From Synechococcales cyanobacterium VAR_4_metabat_354 (GTDB lineage: Bacteria; Cyanobacteriota; Cyanobacteriia; Cyanobacteriales; Chamaesiphonaceae), in the NCBI GenBank assembly GCA_031414775.1, contig JANOQI010000053.1, positions 1 to 24,179 of the forward strand: 24,179 bases of DNA, read 5' to 3'. Shown here in pieces: positions 18,019 to 24,179 of this stretch. How positions within the stretch are numbered: position 1 is the stretch's first letter; every line of letters begins with the position of its first letter. A model generated the notes under the pieces. That model saw nothing but the letters and a program-made list of their open reading frames with translations. It ran no database searches and had not been told where the DNA came from. The translations under genes were made by a program, and so were the position numbers.

Positions 18019-19773
18019 TCACCCCTCCTCACCCAACAAATCCCTCGCATCCCGCCAAGCCAAAGCCTCCCCGCCAGCCAGCACAACGATCGCATGGCAA
18101 CGAGCATCGCTGTAGCTATACTCAACCAGCCCAGCAGCTTTAACCAAATCATACCAAGCCTTGAACTCCACGGCTTCCATCTGATTCACAGGCTTCGGCT
18201 CCCTATAAACGTCTGACAACGGAGTCACCTGCGGCTGAGACCGAGGCTGCGATATCCCCATCTTCTCCTCCAATGCCAACATCTGTGCAGCGATCGCATC
18301 CCACGGAGCCTCGCCGACCACCGATGCCGAAGACTCAACCTCAGCCTCAAGAGCAAGAACGGGCTTAGACTCAATGATTGGCTGACAAACCTGAGAAGCA
18401 TCATCGATCCTCAATAGCTGCTGAGTTTGAGCGGTGGCCTCAGCGGAAACTAAAGGCTTGCACTTCAAGATACTCGGAGCATCGTAGGTTACACCCAACC
18501 GATCGCACTTAGCTTTCTCTTCTAGCTCTCGCTCTAAACGACGCTGATACTCGTTCCACATTAAGCCAGCCTTGAAGGGGTTAGCGAGTAACTGAGCCGC
18601 CAACTCCACTGCACGGGAAGTACTGTTGCCAGATTCCCCGAACTTGCTCTGCTCAATGTAGGAGCGGAAGCTGAGGTTGACGTTGCCATGAACATCAGCC
18701 CAAGGCTTGCGATCGATCGTCCCTACTTGCAGACCAGCGACGTATTCAGTCCAATGAGTCCCAGTACCTCGATCGCACGTCTTTTGGACTTCGGACTCCA
18801 CCCACTTGGAAGGAGTATGCAAGCGCGGATTATTGACGGCGTGAGCGTACAGAGCGGCCATGAAGCCCTGCAACTCCTCTAAGGATGCCCAGAGTCCATT
18901 CCGCTGGCCAAACTCCACCCAGGTATCGCCTTGTCTGGCTGAGCGGCGCTCCTTTCGAGTAGGTTTAATGGCGCTTACGATAGTTTTTTCAGCAGCGGCG
19001 GCGGAAGATTTGTCAGTACTAGGAATTGTTTGTGTACAAGGGTCTTTGACTTGTTCAGTTTCGTAGGGATCGATGTTGCTCGGTTCCGGTTCTATAATCG
19101 TTGGGGTTAACTCTACCTGAATGGAATCCGAATATGAATCAGACCAAAAATCAATCTCCTCCTCAATTTTAAAATGAGGGGTAGGGGAGGGATCTTGTAT
19201 TTGCTTAGATCTGTAATTGCTTTCTTTAGTACTTATTATGTGACCAACTTTTCCGTGCTCGGGTAAACCGAGCACGGCTTTTTCCGTTTTCCCATAACCA
19301 TGCGGTTTACAGGCTTCGATCTTGCCTTTCTTCTGGCTTAGTAAGGGTTCTGCAGATATTTCTAAATCTACTCCAGTACCATCTTCAACCAGCACATAAT
19401 CATGTCCAGCATATTGCCCAAAAGAGTTTTTGAAAACCCTTTTCACTAGATAGCCATAATTAATCAGTTGACGAAGATATTTACGGATAGTTTCTATGTT
19501 CTTCCCCATCTCCTTTGCAAGGGCTTTAGGAATTAATCTCCAAGTGTCAGGCTTCCTAATCCGCTTCATTAGAATTGCTAACGCCGTGGAATCTAACCGA
19601 TCGTCATCGATGCCAATGTTGTTGACGACGCTGTAATTTACCTTGTGAGGCGATCGAATGATTTGAACGTTGGGTGAGCTTAGAGCCTTTTGCTTGGGGT
19701 CTGTGATTCCTGGCTGCGTGAGGCTATCAACAGCCATATGGGGGGCTGCTACGGTAGATGCGGTGTTTTTCAT
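18019..19773 (-). CDS. Putative replication-initiator-like protein with N-terminal winged HTH
   Basis: NYSVVNN…DDRL…KPDTWRL…LAKEMG…TIRKYLRQLINYGYL resembles phage/plasmid initiator HTH domains. The rest is not recognised. Confidence 0.55.
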   Translation of the reverse strand: MKNTASTVAAPHMAVDSLTQPGITDPKQKALSSPNVQIIRSPHKVNYSVVNNIGIDDDRLDSTALAILMKRIRKPDTWRLIPKALAKEMGKNIETIRKYLRQLINYGYLVKRVFKNSFGQYAGHDYVLVEDGTGVDLEISAEPLLSQKKGKIEACKPHGYGKTEKAVLGLPEHGKVGHIISTKESNYRSKQIQDPSPTPHFKIEEEIDFWSDSYSDSIQVELTPTIIEPEPSNIDPYETEQVKDPCTQTIPSTDKSSAAAAEKTIVSAIKPTRKERRSARQGDTWVEFGQRNGLWASLEELQGFMAALYAHAVNNPRLHTPSKWVESEVQKTCDRGTGTHWTEYVAGLQVGTIDRKPWADVHGNVNLSFRSYIEQSKFGESGNSTSRAVELAAQLLANPFKAGLMWNEYQRRLERELEEKAKCDRLGVTYDAPSILKCKPLVSAEATAQTQQLLRIDDASQVCQPIIESKPVLALEAEVESSASVVGEAPWDAIAAQMLALEEKMGISQPRSQPQVTPLSDVYREPKPVNQMEAVEFKAWYDLVKAAGLVEYSYSDARCHAIVVLAGGEALAWRDARDLLGEEG

Positions 19774-20450
19774 AGGTCTATGTGTTGAGGATAGACCGCT
19801 GGATTCATTAGATTTTTTGGACGCTGGCGGGTGCTATGTCTATGCCAAAACTACTATGCAACCCGAGGGATTACATATGACATTGCGTCATTTTGGGGCA
19901 AATAGTAGACATAGCGAAGCTGTGAAGGATAAAATGCGACTAATAATTGTATGTCGTATTCTTCCTTCGATCTGTTGGTTTGAGGTCTTGAGAACCCTCA
20001 AATGTTAGATTAACAAGCTAGCCGAACACCGTTTGATCTATTGATCGAGCGGTTTTTGCTTTGTTAGCGTGGTTGTAGTACTCAGTACTATTGTCTTTGC
20101 ATAGAGTTTTAGGGAAAGGTTGTGAACATCATAGATCGATGAGTGGGCATTGGCCAGAGCGTAAGACATAATCTTGATGAAATTCACTTGGCTCTCAGAT
20201 GACAAGCCTTGCAGCATGAAGTACTCAGGGACTACCTCTAGCACAGACAAGCAGAACCGGGCATAGTTGATTGACTTCGGCTCCTATCTCTTCCCCCTTT
20301 GTAGAGAGATTGTGCGTTCCCTCGTGCGCTTGTCCAGGGTGCGCTATCGCCTTCCCTTTGGTCAGCCCTTGACAATGCTCCTCACTTACTAACCATTCCT
20401 CCGGCCAAGAGGGGGAAGAGATAGGTATGGTCGTGTTTTGGTACTTCAGC

Positions 20451-21329
20451 TTATGCACGGGAGCTACCCTGGCCACTGCCAAAGATGTCACGGGCGATCG
20501 CATAAAGAACGCCGATCTTCCCGCAACTGGCGATGAGATCTAACTTCGTTTTGTATTCTCCTTTTTTCATGCGGGTATTAACATTAAAACCGTCGCGGTA
20601 GTAAAGCTCTGTGTACAGTTTTCTCCAAGCTATTTGCTGATCCACCTTTGTTGCATCGCACCATTTATTGATCAGTTGCCGCAAGCTGGCACGTTCGGTC
20701 AATGGTGGCGCTGGTTCTTTTGACGGCGGAAGTTGGTGGAGTTCTTTGATCGCATCGATGCGTCTTTGCTTCATCTTCTGCATGTCGGATTCTAACGATG
20801 CGAAGCGCTGGTCGGATTCGGCTTGCCACTTTTCTTTTTGGGCTTTCCATTTTTCGTCATCGACAAGTCGTTGAGAGTGGGCAAGGGTTATTTCGGCGTG
20901 AGTTTTTGGTGACGCTGCTTGTTCAATGAAATCGAGGCTGGTAGTTCTGACAGCTTTAGCGACTGTAGAATCTCTCAGGAGATAGCCTAATCTGAGGGTG
21001 GAGCGGGGGTTCCAGATGGTTACATTTCGGGCTTTATTTGCGAGGTTGAACTTCAACCTCGCAGAATTCAACTCCTTGCCAGTCAATATCTTTAGGCCAT
21101 CAGCATCAAATTCAGATCGATGATACTTTACTACTGATTTCACTGTATCTATTGGAGTTTCGTAGAATTCTGCTATCTGTTCTGTAGTGGCAGCTCCTAT
21201 ACCTTGCCAAACATCAAAATGAAGAGCTTTGGCCTTGCTTAGCAATTCTTCGGCTCGATCTTCGATTTGAGCCAGCTGCAAATTTCTAGCTGATGGAGAC
21301 TCCATCAGCACTTCTTCGTTATTTGTCAT
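20451..21329 (-). CDS. Phage antirepressor-like DNA-binding protein
   Basis: N-terminal ATTEQIAEFYE…LRLGYLLRDS.VAKAVR, then a coiled coil, then an ORF6C-like C-terminus (LRQLINKW…AWRKLYTELYYR). Confidence 0.65.
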   Translation of the reverse strand: MTNNEEVLMESPSARNLQLAQIEDRAEELLSKAKALHFDVWQGIGAATTEQIAEFYETPIDTVKSVVKYHRSEFDADGLKILTGKELNSARLKFNLANKARNVTIWNPRSTLRLGYLLRDSTVAKAVRTTSLDFIEQAASPKTHAEITLAHSQRLVDDEKWKAQKEKWQAESDQRFASLESDMQKMKQRRIDAIKELHQLPPSKEPAPPLTERASLRQLINKWCDATKVDQQIAWRKLYTELYYRDGFNVNTRMKKGEYKTKLDLIASCGKIGVLYAIARDIFGSGQGSSRA

Positions 21330-21436
21330 GTTGTATCTCTAAATAAGATGTACGTGTTGCCTTGGATACTTTGAGTTATTTGACGCGATGTTCATATACG
21401 GCTTGGTATTTTGGCAGGACTGGAAAGCAAAGGGTC

Positions 21437-21676
21437 TTACCATGGGTCTGCAAAGTCTCCATCTTCAACAGACTTGTATTCAATCAATTCTGCTGGGTTG
21501 CATTTTAGGATCTCGCATAGTCGAATAAATCGCTCAATTTGCTCTACGCCTGTCCTATTTCTCTCTAAGTTTCTAATAGTTGAAGTATCTACCTCTAAGC
21601 GAATAGCCAGCTGGCTTTGTGTCATGCCAACTTTTTTCCTCAATTCTGCAATTCTAGTCACGGCTATTTTTCCCAT
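21437..21676 (-). CDS. XRE/Cro-C1 HTH regulator
   Basis: IAELRKKVGMTQSQLA..L.VD.STIRNLE…LCEILKC.PAEL. Confidence 0.9.
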   Translation of the reverse strand: MGKIAVTRIAELRKKVGMTQSQLAIRLEVDTSTIRNLERNRTGVEQIERFIRLCEILKCNPAELIEYKSVEDGDFADPW

Positions 21677-21710
21677 TCATTCTACATATCAAAATATTAG
21701 CATAAAAATC

Positions 21711-21768
21711 TTGACGCTAAAAAATAGACGTAATTATCTTGACAGTGTTAATAAACTCACGGTATTAT
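21711..21768 (+). promoter_or_regulatory. Tandem sigma70-like promoters divergent from the XRE gene
   Basis: TTGACG-N18-TATCTT (21711..21740) and TTGACA-N18-TATTAT (21739..21768). Confidence 0.55.
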
Positions 21769-22048
21769 ATTCATATGGTCACAAACGACCACAGCGATCA
21801 ACCCAGAGAGAACTGGCTGAATAAACACTGAAGGCTAAATCTGCTCCAAAAGCTATAAAGACAGAACCTGTACTCACCCAATAGCCAGCCTCTCTACTAC
21901 TGATTGAACGGCAACGGCAAAGCCTAAATTATCTGGCTTCCCTTGGAGCTAAACCTATACACGCGACAAAGCGATCGACATTCTCGCAAAAGTTCATCGA
22001 TCGCTTTGCTCCGCCACCCACCCATAAAGGATCAGAGGTATCTCGATT

Positions 22049-22456
22049 ATGACATACACGACTAAGAATCCAGCTGCCTTAAGCACCCCCAACCACAACG
22101 GCTGCACGATCGATCGCCCGGTCACCCAATGGCCAGCCTTCGACCAAAACCACGAATACTGCGGAGAAATCCACCGCATCGCCGCCTGGGCAGTACCTAA
22201 TGCAGTCTACGAAGCATGGGGCCTCCAAGATAACCTTGATTTATATCTGACAACCGAAGGCCACTGGGCACCGACCCTAGAAATCGCCGAACATCTTCTA
22301 GCCTCAACGCCGCCGCCAAAATCATTCAAAGTCAAAGGTTCAACCTTGCGCTTTTTCTTCCCCAGTGAATGGCTGAAAAATAAAAAGCCCAGTATCAATG
22401 AAGATTACCGAGTATTCCGCGATTTTGCTAACGAATGGACTGCTGAGGTAGCTTGA
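22049..22456 (+). CDS. Hypothetical protein
   Basis: 135-aa ORF with GAGG upstream, overlapping the methyltransferase start. Confidence 0.6.
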   Translation: MTYTTKNPAALSTPNHNGCTIDRPVTQWPAFDQNHEYCGEIHRIAAWAVPNAVYEAWGLQDNLDLYLTTEGHWAPTLEIAEHLLASTPPPKSFKVKGSTLRFFFPSEWLKNKKPSINEDYRVFRDFANEWTAEVA

Positions 22457-23415
22457 TGAAAACTGTCCTCAGCCTGTTCGCAGGTGGCGGGGGAAAAACA
22501 CACGGCGCGATCGAGGCAGGATACAGCCCGATCGGAGCCGTGGACAATAACCCTGAAGCCTGTGCCCACTACCGCCGAAACATTGGCGCGATCGAATGTG
22601 GAAACTTAATGCAGATTGAACCATCTGAGTTCGATAAGCCAGACCTGTTAATGGCCAGTCCTCCATGCCCAAACTTCTCTCAAGCCAAAGTAGGAGCAAG
22701 GGAAGGAGTGATGGATTTAGCCCTTTCCAACCGAGTTGGCTACTATGTCCGCAAGCTTAAGCCCAAGGCAATACTCATTGAGAATGTCCGGCAGTATGCT
22801 AACTCTCAATCTTTCCGCGAACTAATGGCGGATATCGAAAACGCTGGCTACACCTGCGATATCGGAGTATTCAACGCCGCTGATTTTGGCGTACCCCAAG
22901 GACGAATCAGATTATTTGTACGAGCTGTTAGGGGCCGTAAATCTAAGATTTTACCGCCACGCTATACCAACCAGAGGAACCCCAGCGGAGATCTGCCAGT
23001 ATGGCGGGGGTGGTATGAGGCGATCGAGGATTTAATTCCGCAGATGCCCAAATCGGATCTTACGGAAAGACAGCTGGCAGCGGTATCAGGTAAAACCCAA
23101 CACCAATTAATTCAGCGCACCGGCTATTACGGCTTAATTCCTAAGACCTGGGCGGACAATTTACTGATCGGAACCATCAGAGCATCGCTTGGGACTGATG
23201 GAAAAGGCAGTAAGCGATCGCTGTTCATGGATTGTTGGCTGAACCAAGCTGAGAGTTATTCCAGGTCAATTAACACAGCGGCTCTAGTTCGCTTACAAGG
23301 ATGGGCGGACAATTTGAGTTGGTCTGGTGATGTCAGAGCAGACGTGCGGATATTGGGTAATTCTGTATGTCCGCCTGTTGCTAAGGCTTTGATTCGATCG
23401 ATGCAGGTGGCTTGA
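22453..23415 (+). CDS. DNA (cytosine-5) methyltransferase, no cognate endonuclease in view
   Basis: Motifs I LFAGGGG, IV SPPC, VI ENV, VIII PQGRIR, X GNSV. Confidence 0.93.
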   Translation: MMKTVLSLFAGGGGKTHGAIEAGYSPIGAVDNNPEACAHYRRNIGAIECGNLMQIEPSEFDKPDLLMASPPCPNFSQAKVGAREGVMDLALSNRVGYYVRKLKPKAILIENVRQYANSQSFRELMADIENAGYTCDIGVFNAADFGVPQGRIRLFVRAVRGRKSKILPPRYTNQRNPSGDLPVWRGWYEAIEDLIPQMPKSDLTERQLAAVSGKTQHQLIQRTGYYGLIPKTWADNLLIGTIRASLGTDGKGSKRSLFMDCWLNQAESYSRSINTAALVRLQGWADNLSWSGDVRADVRILGNSVCPPVAKALIRSMQVA

Positions 23416-23484
23416 TACAGCTGCTGAGCAGCATTAGAAAAAGGAGGCTACTGATGCCCCTCCATACATATCAAGGAGCAAACC

Positions 23485-23634
23485 ATGAGCAACATATTGA
23501 AAGCCGCGCTCGACGGGCTAAACAGAGAAATCTTTGCCGGGGTGGAATTCCCTGATGCGCTCGATAGGGTCTTGTTGGCCTTCCCAGAAGTGACCCAGGG
23601 AGAATTGACCGAAGCCTACGACCAGCAGCCATAG
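23485..23634 (+). CDS. Small hypothetical protein (49 aa)
   Basis: MSNILKAALDGLNREIFAGVEFPDALDRVLLAFPEVTQGELTEAYDQQP*. AAGGAG RBS; paralog at 23936. Confidence 0.7.
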   Translation: MSNILKAALDGLNREIFAGVEFPDALDRVLLAFPEVTQGELTEAYDQQP

Positions 23635-23657
23635 GTGGTGAAAAATCTAGAGAAATT

Positions 23658-23688
23658 AGGGGGTGAGCGATCGCCCCTGTTTTCTTTT
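23658..23688 (+). terminator. Putative intrinsic terminator
   Basis: AGGGGGTGAGCGATCGCCCCT hairpin followed by GTTTTCTTTT. Confidence 0.55.
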
Positions 23689-23729
23689 GCCTATCAATTA
23701 TTTCAAAGGAATTAACAAGGAGGTTTCCT

Positions 23730-23882
23730 ATGGCTAGTGATGAATTTCGAGAGCTGGTGAAAAGGATGAGATCGTTGCAGAAAGAGTACTTCAGAACTCG
23801 CGATCGGCTGGTGCTGGGCCAGGCTAAAGAACTTGAAAAACAAGTCGATCTTTATCTAGCCGCAGAGGCAGAGCAAGGTTAA
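23730..23882 (+). CDS. Small hypothetical protein (50 aa), phage-like
   Basis: MASDEFRELVKRMRSLQKEYFRTRDRLVLGQAKELEKQVDLYLAAEAEQG*. Strong AAGGAGGT RBS; followed by a GGGG…CCCC hairpin. Confidence 0.7.
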   Translation: MASDEFRELVKRMRSLQKEYFRTRDRLVLGQAKELEKQVDLYLAAEAEQG

Positions 23883-23935
23883 GGGGCGATCGATACCCCC
23901 ACTTTCGTTTGTCCAATAATCCGAAAAACATAACT

Positions 23936-24046
23936 ATGACCACCACACTGAAAGTCGCACTAGGTAGGCTGAAAAGAGAAATCTTCGCCAGTGTCGAATT
24001 CCCGGACGCATTGCACCGAATTATCTTGGCCTTTCCAGAACAATAG
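23936..24046 (+). pseudogene. Truncated paralog of 23485..23634
   Basis: MTTTLKVALGRLKREIFASVEFPDALHRIILAFPEQ* aligns with the 49-aa protein but stops early. Confidence 0.65.
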
Positions 24047-24179
24047 TCCAGACAGATTTACAACGACAAAGTACCAAATATCGACGAAAAGCGATTCATC
24101 GCGTAAGGTACAAGTATCAACAAAGTACCAGAAGAATCGCCGTATGAACGATATTATACAGACCCTCCTTACAAAAGCG

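Noticed and set aside
20038..20503. ORFs 20038..20250 and 20225..20503
   Set aside because: No recognisable motifs or RBS, and they overlap neighbours. They cannot be supported.
113..22699. Antisense or nested ORFs in the track (e.g. 113..607, 2300..2611, 11599..11937, 15327..15752, 16785..17165, 19670..20008, 21411..21824)
   Set aside because: Shadows of better-supported genes or structured non-coding DNA, with no motifs.

Overview
Mosaic accessory region, probably from a cyanobacterial plasmid or integrated element (many HIP1-type CGATCG/GCGATCGC sites). In order: a frameshifted lipoprotein-type msrA; a GlcG/HbpS haem-binding gene; a minus-strand integron-like cassette stretch with two attC sites and no integron integrase in view (DUF4440 + BrnT/BrnA; Dyp remnant + S8 protease + stand-alone prodomain-like protein); an IS110-family element inserted into one attC; a serine recombinase; an indigoidine synthetase (IndC/BpsA-type NRPS) with pecS-pecM; truncated tyrosine recombinase, ferredoxin and BREX (brxA'-brxB-brxC') remnants; a ParE/RelE-like TA pair; and a phage/plasmid-like block (HTH replication-initiator-like gene, antirepressor-like gene, XRE regulator, orphan C5 methyltransferase, small ORFs). 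The main observation is in the IS110 left end. It folds into a complete bridge-RNA-like structure (target loop plus a donor loop matching the IS end) and carries a second target-binding loop with compensatory stem changes and a different guide. Both guides spell attC arm/R-box sequence, which suggests a multi-guide, attC-targeting RNA-guided recombinase. All family assignments come from motif recognition by eye; no searches were run.
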